Below, one piece after another: positions 46,301-59,586 of a stretch of DNA of 64,000 nucleotides; the first letter of the stretch is position 1; each line of letters opens with the position of its first letter. Source of the DNA: Zygnema circumcarinatum SAG 698-1b (lineage: Eukaryota > Plantae > Zygnematophyceae); contig CM074810.1 of NCBI GenBank assembly GCA_037447605.1, positions 2,948,880 through 3,012,879 of the forward strand. The letters run 5' to 3'. The position numbers and the translations under genes are program-made. The notes under the pieces are model-generated. The model saw only the letters and a program-made list of their open reading frames with translations, was not told the origin of the DNA and did no database searches.

Positions 46301-48673
46301 TCCCACTTCGCTTTCCTCCCTCTCTCCCACCCATTTTTCAGGGGTAGCTGGGGGAGAGTATTTTATCAGCTAGTCGATCTTCATTTCAAGCCGACCTTCA
46401 TTTCTTTTTCGAGCTTTTTTTCTCAAGCGCGGTCCCACTCTTTTTATAAAAAAAAAAAAAGTTCGCTAAAATAAAAATAATAATCCCTTGTTTGTTTTTC
46501 CTTTTTCCCCCTTTCAGGCAAAGAAATTCAACAAGCCCGACGTGAAATCCGCAATTGAAGAATTTGAAGAAAAAATATCTGAAGCCCACGCAGAGCAGGA
46601 GGAGGAGGAGAAGCTTCAAAAGCGGAGACTGCAAAAGGTGGAAACTTTGAAAGTAGTGAAAATTAGCACTGGAATTTCGGTGAAGTCAGAAATCGACGAA
46701 TTTCCGGATGAGCCCGAAATGGCAGTTTCGGAAAGAGAGCAGCTGGGAGAGCCTGAAGGTGAGAACCTAAACCTTAAAAAAGAAAACCCTTAAATCTTAA
46801 ACCTAAACAACATCCAAAGGTCCCTCTCTCTCTTTCGTGCTCTCGCACTCTCTCTCTCCCTCTCCCACTCCCTCTCCTCTTCCCTCTCCCCCTTCCCCTT
46901 CCCTTCCCTCTCTCTCACATTTTTCACCTCTCCCTCCCCCCTTTTCCATCTCCCTCTCGATCTTCCTGCCCCTCTTGCTCTACCTCTCTCCCACTCCCTC
47001 ACCCCCCCCTCTCTCCTTCTCTCCCTCTCTCGTCTTCTCCCCTCGTCTGTTCACATCCCGTACAATTGTCCTTGAAGCGAAAAGGACATCAATTTCCTCT
47101 GTGATTTGTTTCGCTTTTCAGCTTCTCCAATTGTGACTCTAAATCATGAAAAGGACATTGCTTTTCTTTTTCAGATAAGAGTGATGAAAGCATGGAGGAC
47201 CGGAAACCCATTCCGTTGAAGAAAACGGAAACGAGACAACATAGAACAGCAAAGAAACGTGTTATCAACGAGTCCCAAACGCCATTAAAGGTGCGGAATT
47301 TGCGGCAGAAAGGGGTGGGAAGACGAGGGGGAGAGTGGGAGAGAGAGAGGGAGAGAGGAGAGATATAGAGGACAGCGGGGGGTTAGGAGGATGGGACCCC
47401 AAGTGTAGCAACCTTTGTGTGGGTGCTTTTTCCCCTTTCTTATTCTCCCACTCCACCCCATATTGTTTGGTTTAACTTTGCACGTAGAAATGAGAGGGAG
47501 AGGGTGGGATCGTTCTGCAGACACGGAACAATAATGTGAAACCGTCCTTCGCTCGGATTAAACGTGAGGAGGGAGAGCGAGAGGGAGAGGGAGAGGAAGA
47601 ATGGGAGGGGGAGGGACACAGAGAGGCACAGGGAGGCAGTGGGAGAGAGAGAGGGAGAGAGGAGAGATATAGAGGACAGCGGGGGGTTAGGAGGATGGGA
47701 CCCCAAGTGTAGCAACCTTTGTGTGGGTGCTTTTTCCCCTTTCTTATTCTCCCACTCCACCCCATATTGTTTGGTTTAACTTTGCACGTAGAAATGAGAG
47801 GGAGAGGGTGGGATCGTTCTGCAGACACGGAACAATAATGTGAAACCGTCCTTCGCTCGGATTAAACGTGAGGAGGGAGAGCGAGAGGGAGAGGGAGAGG
47901 AAGAATGGGAGGGGGAGGGACACAGAGAGGCACAGGGAGGCAGTGGGAGAGAGGTCGAGGTGAAGGGAGAGGAAGACGGAGACAGATACGGAGAAAGTGT
48001 GGAAGAGGGAGAGGGAGAAGTGGAAAGTGAGGTGGAGATGGAGAGGGGACGACGGTTGCTGAGGGGGAGGGAGAGGGCGAGAGGGAATGGAAGGGGAGGA
48101 AGGAGAGGGAGAGGGAAGGAGGGGATTTTCAGAGAAGCGGGAGAGGAAGCGGGAGATGTAGAGACAGGGGTAGGGAAAAGGGACTGTTTGATTAAGAGAG
48201 AGGTCGACGGAGAAGGGATGGAAGAGGGAGAAAGAAAAAACGAGGTGGGGATGGAGAAGAGCAGGGGGAGGGGCAAGGGGAACTCGAGAGGGAGAAGTGG
48301 GAGAGACCAGGGGAGGGAGAGGAGGTCCAGAGGGGAGAGGAATGGAGAGGGAGAGGGAGGAGAAGGAGGAGAGGGAGAGGAAACGCCGCTGTTCACACGG
48401 AGGTAAGCTGCACCCCAAAAGAGTTCCCTTTAATAAAACAAGCCATCCCTTCAAAAGTGCTGAAATCCTCAAATTTCTGAAGCACTCCTCTTATCGAAAG
48501 CGTCAGATATCTCATCAAGAAAAGAAAAAGGGGTTAAATTAGGAAGGTAAAAAAGTAAAGGTCAAAACGACGATGGAGCTAAAAACTAACCTGTCTCTAC
48601 TATATTCGTTTGGTTGTTTTTTCTTTTGTGTTCTTTCGCTGGAAGCAGGCGGGATCTGCTCAATCTGCGGTGA
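31694..48673 (+). CDS. CAP-D2: Condensin I HEAT subunit CAP-D2 (Cnd1/NCAPD2), ~19 exons
   Basis: N-terminus MALEFRIPQ...[27 protein letters not shown]; [20 protein letters not shown]; Cnd1 domain [11 protein letters not shown]...[19 protein letters not shown]|[33 protein letters not shown]|[10 protein letters not shown]. The last exons (47825-48402, 48649-48673) are inferred from splice phase and are less certain. Confidence 0.95.
33775..34190 (+). repeat. ~120-bp intronic tandem repeat (3 copies); other intronic satellites at 33040-33350 (~18 bp) and 36070-36205 (GACTAT)
   Basis: Repeated CTTGAAACAG...ATCCTGATGTGTATTGT(A/T)AGATTCTATTGATGTTGC blocks. Confidence 0.85.
36450..37550 (+). repeat. 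Polypyrimidine (CCT/CTT) intronic tract with higher-order repeats
   Basis: Recurrent CTGTCCCCTCCTTCCTCTTCTCCTCCTTCCCTCTCCTTCC units. Confidence 0.9.
40253..43980 (+). repeat. ~3.7-kb polypyrimidine intron dominated by (CCCTCT)n and (CCCCTC)n
   Basis: Nearly purine-free plus strand between two CAP-D2 exons. Confidence 0.95.
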
Positions 48674-48916
48674 AAAAAAAATTGATGCTTCAGAGAATTA
48701 TGGTCTAGGGTTCAGGGTTTGAGGTTTAGGGTCTGTGGAGTTTAATTCATGAGTTTCGGCTTGAGTGTTTTTAGGAGGCCAGTAAGCCCGTCTTTGTTTT
48801 TTATTGCAAAGAGCGTGGGAGGGTGGCCTGTTTTTCTTAGAGAAAGAGAGAGAGTGAGAGAGCGAGAGAGGAGAGAGTGAGAGAGAGAGAGGGAGAGAGG
48901 GAGAGANNNNNNNNNN

Positions 48917-51061
48917 AAAGTTCGCTAAAATAAAAATAATAATCCCTTGTTTGTTTTTCCTTTTTCCCCCTTTCAGGCAAAGAAATTCAACAAGCCCGAC
49001 GTGAAATCCGCAATTGAAGAATTTGAAGAAAAAATATCTGAAGCCCACGCAGAGCAGGAGGAGGAGGAGAAGCTTCAAAAGCGGAGACTGCAAAAGGTGG
49101 AAACTTTGAAAGTAGTGAAAATTAGCACTGGAATTTCGGTGAAGTCAGAAATCGACGAATTTCCGGATGAGCCCGAAATGGCAGTTTCGGAAAGAGAGCA
49201 GCTGGGAGAGCCTGAAGGTGAGAACCTAAACCTTAAAAAAGAAAACCCTTAAATCTTAAACCTAAACAACATCCAAAGGTCCCTCTCTCTCTTTCGTGCT
49301 CTCGCACTCTCTCTCTCCCTCTCCCACTCCCTCTCCTCTTCCCTCTCCCCCTTCCCCTTCCCTTCCCTCTCTCTCACATTTTTCACCTCTCCCTCCCCCC
49401 TTTTCCATCTCCCTCTCGATCTTCCTGCCCCTCTTGCTCTACCTCTCTCCCACTCCCTCACCCCCCCCTCTCTCCTTCTCTCCCTCTCTCGTCTTCTCCC
49501 CTCGTCTGTTCACATCCCGTACAATTGTCCTTGAAGCGAAAAGGACATCAATTTCCTCTGTGATTTGTTTCGCTTTTCAGCTTCTCCAATTGTGACTCTA
49601 AATCATGAAAAGGACATTGCTTTTCTTTTTCAGATAAGAGTGATGAAAGCATGGAGGACCGGAAACCCATTCCGTTGAAGAAAACGGAAACGAGACAACA
49701 TAGAACAGCAAAGAAACGTGTTATCAACGAGTCCCAAACGCCATTAAAGGTGCGGAATTTGCGGCAGAAAGGGGTGGGAAGACGAGGGGGAGAGTGGGAG
49801 AGAGAGAGGGAGAGAGGAGAGATATAGAGGACAGCGGGGGGTTAGGAGGATGGGACCCCAAGTGTAGCAACCTTTGTGTGGGTGCTTTTTCCCCTTTCTT
49901 ATTCTCCCACTCCACCCCATATTGTTTGGTTTAACTTTGCACGTAGAAATGAGAGGGAGAGGGTGGGATCGTTCTGCAGACACGGAACAATAATGTGAAA
50001 CCGTCCTTCGCTCGGATTAAACGTGAGGAGGGAGAGCGAGAGGGAGAGGGAGAGGAAGAATGGGAGGGGGAGGGACACAGAGAGGCACAGGGAGGCAGTG
50101 GGAGAGAGGTCGAGGTGAAGGGAGAGGAAGACGGAGACAGATACGGAGAAAGTGTGGAAGAGGGAGAGGGAGAAGTGGAAAGTGAGGTGGAGATGGAGAG
50201 GGGACGACGGTTGCTGAGGGGGAGGGAGAGGGCGAGAGGGAATGGAAGGGGAGGAAGGAGAGGGAGAGGGAAGGAGGGGATTTTCAGAGAAGCGGGAGAG
50301 GAAGCGGGAGATGTAGAGACAGGGGTAGGGAAAAGGGACTGTTTGATTAAGAGAGAGGTCGACGGAGAAGGGATGGAAGAGGGAGAAAGAAAAAACGAGG
50401 TGGGGATGGAGAAGAGCAGGGGGAGGGGCAAGGGGAACTCGAGAGGGAGAAGTGGGAGAGACCAGGGGAGGGAGAGGAGGTCCAGAGGGGAGAGGAATGG
50501 AGAGGGAGAGGGAGGAGAAGGAGGAGAGGGAGAGGAAACGCCGCTGTTCACACGGAGGTAAGCTGCACCCCAAAAGAGTTCCCTTTAATAAAACAAGCCA
50601 TCCCTTCAAAAGTGCTGAAATCCTCAAATTTCTGAAGCACTCCTCTTATCGAAAGCGTCAGATATCTCATCAAGAAAAGAAAAAGGGGTTAAATTAGGAA
50701 GGTAAAAAAGTAAAGGTCAAAACGACGATGGAGCTAAAAACTAACCTGTCTCTACTATATTCGTTTGGTTGTTTTTTCTTTTGTGTTCTTTCGCTGGAAG
50801 CAGGCGGGATCTGCTCAATCTGCGGTGAAAAAAAAATTGATGCTTCAGAGAATTATGGTCTAGGGTTCAGGGTTTGAGGTTTAGGGTCTGTGGAGTTTAA
50901 TTCATGAGTTTCGGCTTGAGTGTTTTTAGGAGGCCAGTAAGCCCGTCTTTGTTTTTTATTGCAAAGAGCGTGGGAGGGTGGCCTGTTTTTCTTAGAGAAA
51001 GAGAGAGAGTGAGAGAGCGAGAGAGGAGAGAGTGAGAGAGAGAGAGGGAGAGAGGGAGAGA
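48917..51061 (+). other. Near-identical second copy of the CAP-D2 3' end (46458-48906) after a 10-N gap; probable assembly overlap
   Basis: Identical ORF sets at offsets 2459 and 2155; the copies differ by a 304-bp tandem duplication. Confidence 0.85.
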
Positions 51062-51405
51062 AAGAGAGGAGCTGTACATAAAATAGGCGCAGAGAGAGTG
51101 TCTTAGATGCCCAAAATAACATAAACAAAAGCGAGAAGTGTAATAATTAATATTTGAAATAATCGCAATGACAAAAGGAAAAAGGGAATAATCTGACGCC
51201 GACATAACATTCCCATGGATGATTACCAAGTGTGGAAACGGTTCAAGGAAAAAAAAATATTTTCCTTCTTGGTTTCAGTCTTACAAAAAAAATCGGGCTT
51301 GAGTTAAGCAAATCTCGGAGGTTGCTTGAATCTTACGTGGCAAAAACTGGAATTCACACGTGTAACCGAACAGGTTGAGACTTTGAACAATTGAACTTCG
51401 TTTTA

Positions 51406-52431
51406 CAGTCTAATCACGTTATAGTGACACTGTTTATACTGTTTACACTGTTCTATACTGACTTTTTTTCCGGGAACGGAATTGCACCACTGCAGATCCT
51501 GCGCCAGTAGTGACGCCACTACGGATATGATGACGTTGAAAAACCCTGATTGTTACTATATATTCAAAATTTCGATATTATCCACCCACGTATTGGAATA
51601 TGCGTTACAAATATATTTACGACCGTACACATTATCGATTAATATCGTCAGATATCGACTTGACCGTACATACAGTGGGGGGTCCTCGTATTTACCACCC
51701 CAAGGAGTGCGTCCTCAATATTTTCGCCCCAATTTTGCCGAAACCACTTTTTTGTACGGTAACTTGTGTTAGCCGTACTGTTCGTACTATTCGTACTGTC
51801 CGTATTGTCCGTACTGTCTGTACTAGCCGTTACGCAAAACGCACCTACTCTCCCCGCTCGTGCCGCCGTGAGAGGCGCTCGCTCTTCTCCCCGTCTTCTT
51901 GAATTCGGTACGATACGATACGATACGGTAAATACGATACGGTAAATACGGATACGGTACTATCCGTACTAGCCGTACGAGCTGTAGTAGCCGTTACGGG
52001 CTCGCATTTAAACTCTCCGACAGTATATGCGTCACGATATGTTACGATACGATACTATGCTAAATGATACAATACGATACGGTACGATATGGTACGGTAC
52101 GATACGTACGGTTCAACATGAACTCTAACAGAATACCGCCCGTCTATTCGTAACACGAACCTTATATATGCAAATTTAATATTTTCGCCGCATTTTGCCC
52201 GGAACCAGGGTGGAAAATATGAGGACCCCCTACTGTATCAACTTGTCCGTACACAAGCTCACTAGGGTTTGTACACACCTACCCACGTGACGACTGCCCA
52301 AAAAGTACAATGTACGGTATCAAAGTCGTACGGGTATACCGCAAAAACATATGTAATAACATTGTTACTATAGATGTGAAATGACAAACGGGTCATTACC
52401 GATATAGTGACACAAATGTGTGGGGACCGAC
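51406..52431. mobile_element. pogo MITE (same family as 13527-14011), right TIR lost, with a nested MITE
   Basis: TA + CAGTCTAATCACGTTATAGTG start; body aligns with 13527-13985. Confidence 0.9.
51673..52235. mobile_element. Nested Tc1/mariner-pogo-type MITE
   Basis: 28-bp TIR CAGT(G/A)GGGGGTCCTC(G/A)TATTT(A/T)CCACCC, TA TSD, empty site visible at ~13790, internal TACGA repeats. Confidence 0.92.
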
Positions 52432-55220
52432 ACAGCCATGTATACATTGTTCAATTTGGAAAACCATCGACCTGGGGTGTTCAAAAGTTCAAATGAAACC
52501 TTGTCATTATTTGAAAAGTGAGCAATTCCAGAAAATAAGTTCAATCGTTCAAATTAATGGTAGTATGGTGGTAACCATGGTTAACTAACTAACCAAGTTC
52601 CATGTTCAGAATGTCACAAATGCCGGTCACTTGACCCTAAAAACCCTACAAACCCTAAACCCTAAAACCCTAAAAACCATAAAACCTCAGAACTCACGTT
52701 CAACAGCGGTCAGTTCCATGCTCCCTCTCTCCGTTTTGCTCCGTGAAGCGTTGTTTCCATGTCCATGGCTCAAAATCAATCGACCCCCGTTGTAGCGAAC
52801 AGGTGCAGCACACAAGAGCGTGTCCGTCTAGTCCGTACAGTTTTTTTGTCCCAATTGTTTCCCAATTTTCCCAATTTTTATTTTTGCCAAATTTCGGTAG
52901 AAACTCTAACCTAGGCCTCGAGATAATTCAGGGTTTTTAGGGTTCAGACTTTGTTTTAATGTAAGCTTCAAAATTAAGTACGTCGTTCTGCCATAAGCAC
53001 ATAGAACCGCGACATAAAGAGTACTGGTTTCGGAAAAAGCCATCTCACACATCCTTCCTGAAATTTTCCCAGATTTGGCAAAACGCCATTTCTGGAACAT
53101 TCGATCGTTGCTGGAAGAAACGTCCAACCGTCCCGTCCGTACGACGGGTCCTTCCGTACTACTGTACGACCAACCGGTCAACGGCCGCGGCCCGCGGGAC
53201 AGCCTGTGGCATTTCTTGGACACTTCTGACGGTTGTCCGTACAGACAATGTATGGCTTTGTACGGTTCATGTATGGTACATTCAAGGCTATATTAGGGGG
53301 TCCCCGACTTAACGAAATTTTACGAACAAAAACGTTTCAGTGGTACTCCGCCGCAATAGAATCTCTATTTTACGAGAGTACTCGTTCTGATCACAAATTT
53401 ACAAACAGCTTTTAAGTTTGACATCCCTTAATACGACGAAAAATGGGGCGGTGCCGCCCACCGGCCGCCGGAGAATCAACCGCGTTCAGCCGCGCGTAAA
53501 CAAAACGACAAAATATTCCCTTTAAGGAGGCACCGTGAGACAAAAATATTTCGGTTGGCATGTCCCTACGCGACAATGATGGGTGGTCCGTACAGTACCC
53601 GCCAGACAACCAAATGACTTTCAGCCAATCAGAAGGCGCCATTTTTCCAGTCAGCTGGTCGTGAAAAGCAAGCTTGTCGTTTTGCGGTCACAAGGCAATA
53701 TTCCGACATCGCCGGCGTATTGGCTGGAACCGCCGGAATTCGCCGCCGTGCAAGAGGCCGGCACAGCAACCTGCCGCCGGCCGGCAACAACTGCCGGCTA
53801 ATACCAATATTTACGGCGATATAGTGGCCGATGTGGTCCGTTATGCCGATACGGCCAGCTGCCGTCCCCGGTGCCTGGCCCAAGTTCAGGGTTTCAGGGT
53901 TGAAGGGTTTTGGACGGGGAAAATAAAAAAAAGAGCGGCGAGTCTGCGACTTGACACGTGGCGAATTATAATTGGTCCACGAGTCCATCGCGTCAGCATC
54001 TCGAGGGGTCCGGGCCGGTCGCCGGCCTTTGCGCGGCCGCCGCGTCTCTGTCGGCGCTCACACGTGCGGACATTCTTAACTGAAGCCACGCCGCCGCCCG
54101 CTGTACGGATAACATTTGGGGAAGCTGGCTAGTGACGCGGCAGCCCCTGATTCGTTGACAAATCGCTACGCGTGACCGCCGGCTTCTGTACGAAAGATAC
54201 TTTGTACGATCCACCAATCAGGATGGAGAGTACACACGTGTGCTATTTCGTCGTTATCTGCATGCGCGGCCGCGGAATTTGGTAGGCCTCGAAGGTCGAT
54301 GGGGCAGCAACCGCCCACGTGTTGCCCAGTTTTGTCTTGACTGTGGTTACTGTACGGTTATTCGTACAATCTACATACGAACCGACATGCGGACAAACTG
54401 TACGGCACTCACAGGCTGTACGGCATCGGTAGAAGGACCGCCACTGGCCGTGAAGTGGCCGCCATTGTGCCTGCCACGTCGCCGCCTTAGAACCACTATT
54501 TGTCGCTTAGAAACGGATACAAAAAATTCCATCGTACGGTCCCACCTCTATTCTGTCTTTTATATTAGATCCAGTCCTCACCGCACCGACATCCTCGAGG
54601 ACAGTACGGACAACCACCACTTCATTTAATGCCTCGTTTCGGCCGCGGCGTGCCTCGCAACACGTGGCCCGTCACGGTAGGGAACACCAAAAAGACAAGC
54701 ATCCCTTCCCGACAAAACATCGCGCGGCCGCCACTTCCCGGCCACCACGTGGCTTCCCCGGATTCGAGCGCGCGGCCGCCGGCCCGCCCGCCCTTCGCAC
54801 GTGCCGTCCGCGGCCGCCGGCGGGTGCCGCCGGGCGGCGTCCCCATGTGCGGCAGTTCCGTTGGTCGTTGCAGAAAAGGTGCGGCCGCCGCGGGAGCGCC
54901 GGCGCCGGCCGGGCGTGACATCCGTACGGTTATCGTACAGGTCGTGTAGGTTGGTTGTACTTTGATTGTACGGACTGAGCGGTCCCGGGCAGGTCCCGGC
55001 GGGCTTTAGAAGGCGAAGGGGCGCGGGACCGCGGGGTATGGGACGAGGAGGCCGGACGCCTGCAGGGACGGAGGGATTGGGAGAAGGAGAGGGAGGGAGA
55101 GAGTGGGAGAGGGAGAGGGAGAGGGAGAGCGAGGGGAAGAGAGAGCGAGAGAGAGAGAGAGGAAAGAGGAAGAGGGAGTGGGAGAGAGAGGAAGGGAGAG
55201 AGGGAGAGAGAGGGGGAGCC

Positions 55221-57419
<2,199 letters not shown>

Positions 57420-57936
57420 TCTCTCCCTCTCTCTCTCTCACACTCGCTCTCGCTGTCTCTCTCTCTCTCTCTCTCTCTCGCTCTCTCTTTCTCTCTCTCT
57501 CTCGAACTGTCTCTCTCTCTCTCGTTCTCTCTCTGTCTTCGCCTTTCTCTCTCTTGACTCTGAATCCCAAAAGAGTTTGAAGAGAGGTTATTTTGAGTTT
57601 TTGCGATGTGGGTTTTGTTTATTGAAGAGTATTCTGCCTTGGGTCGTTCTTTTTTTTTTCATCGGATGTCCGGAAAAGTCTCCTCTAATTGTGGGTTGTT
57701 CCGGTTTTTGCTCGTGGTTTGCAGTTTCGAGTGAATTTGTTCAAGAGCGAAGGACGGGAACAAATGTCGCGCGGATCTTGAAACTGCGAATGTAAACTTG
57801 TACTGAAGATCGCTTTCTCTGCGGCGGTGTCGATCTGGGACGGTTCTCTGTTACGACGGAACTGAGACATGTGAATACTTACACCGTAGGGTTCAGGCCT
57901 CTAAGTCTGAGATAGGGCAGCCTTCCTCTCCTTTTT

Positions 57937-58062
57937 ACGTCACGTCACGTCGTGTCACGTCATGTCACTCATGACACGTCGTGTCATGTCACGTTATGTC
58001 ACGTCATCGCATGCTACGTCACGTCACGTCATGTTGTGTCACATCACGTCATGTCACGTCAT
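57937..58062. repeat. CACGT/CATGT pentamer array (related array at 27241-27306; CATGC array at 63745-63865)
   Basis: Tandem 5-mers visible directly. Confidence 0.8.
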
Positions 58063-59586
58063 GCCCATCATCTGTATGTCCCCCTTTTTTTCGGAGACGG
58101 GTGTGAGCGCGGGGCGGCGGCGGGCAGTTAAAAAGTTTTTAGGGTCTCGTCGGTGCGCGCTAGGGGCGCACTGGAGCGGGTTTTTGCCTCGCCTCGCGGG
58201 GCTGCTGGCTTGCTGGGATTGGCCTCTTCCACCCTTTTTTCACTGAGAACGGAACGGAGCGGAGCTCAGTGTTTCCATGCGCGTGGAACAGGCAGGTTGT
58301 TTGTTGTTCAAGGGGTCAGGGAGAGAATTTTAGCAAGGCAGGCAGCGGCGGAGGGCGCTCAAAGCGAGGCGTATGATGAACAATAATAAGGGGAACATAT
58401 TTTGGGGTTTTTCCTTTTCATTAGAAGGGGAAGGGGAGGGAGGCGAGGGAGGGAGGGAGGGGAGGTAGTGTTGGGGGTTTACCACCACCACTTTTTTTTT
58501 TTTGTTTTTCCGGTCGCTTCTCTCCTCGTACTCCACCTTTTTAGGGCCCTTTTTGTTTTCTGTCTTTCTTTTTTTGAGTCGTCGCTTTTTCCGGAGGGCT
58601 TTGGGAACACGTGTACAATCTGTATAAGGGGACCCTCTTCATTCAGACGATTTGAATAATACGGCTTTATAATCGCGATGGTGGTTTTGTTGTGCTCTGC
58701 CTCTATCTCTCTTCTCCCTCTCCCTCTTTCTCTCGCTTCCTCTTTCTCTCTCCTACTCTCACTCTCTCCCTCTTTCTCCCTCTTTCTCCCGCTCCCTCTT
58801 TCTCCCTCTCCCTCTTTCTCCCTCTTCCTATTTCTCACTCTCCCCCTCTCTCACACCCACATGCATCATCTCCCTCTCTCTCAGGGTGTTGTTTGGCATC
58901 ATTGACTTTGTGGGATGTGTTCCCGCCATGCATCAGTTTCCATGAACTGTTCGCCATTCAAAAACGACAGAAAGCCACTCTATTTTTTCCGCTGGCTGCT
59001 GTTCGTTACACGGTCTTTGATCCGCCGCGTGAACTGTGAGACAGTCCCATGGTAACCACAATGTTGACACGCCGAATCACGCCCTCTAAGAAAAACCAAA
59101 AAGTTGGGTGAAGAGTCTATCAATGTCAGAGATGTCGGAAGTAGGGACGGCCCGAGATGTAAAGCTGGGCTTTATTGCTTCATTGCACGTTTTAAACTAT
59201 GCAGCTTTTGTTCACAAACACTTGCCCAGTAGCTGGTTTTGCCGAAGTGTCGATCTTAAGTTCGCATTACTAAAGAAGATTAACAAGTACAAATCAACGG
59301 TCACGGTTATAATATAATCTCATATAGTGGCGATCGAGCCATCCCTAGTCGGAAGCCACGGTCGAGGACTTGTGCCTATAGTCACCCAAAACCCTTAAGA
59401 GCCCCATCCACATAAACCTTTTACCCTCTCTCAATGGTGCGCGAACCCCGAGTCAAAATGATGTGCGGAGGTCCGCAGCGCATTGGCCCTAACATTGACT
59501 TCGAGCGCGATCGCATCTAGGGAAACAAAATGTCAAGTTTTGCGTATTGGGTTGGTTCAATTTCTAAGGAAACAATCATTTTCAAT

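Noticed and set aside
54622-55200. GC-rich overlapping ORFs upstream of the MYB gene
   Set aside because: CpG-island-like promoter or repeat sequence; the ORFs follow from the high GC content.
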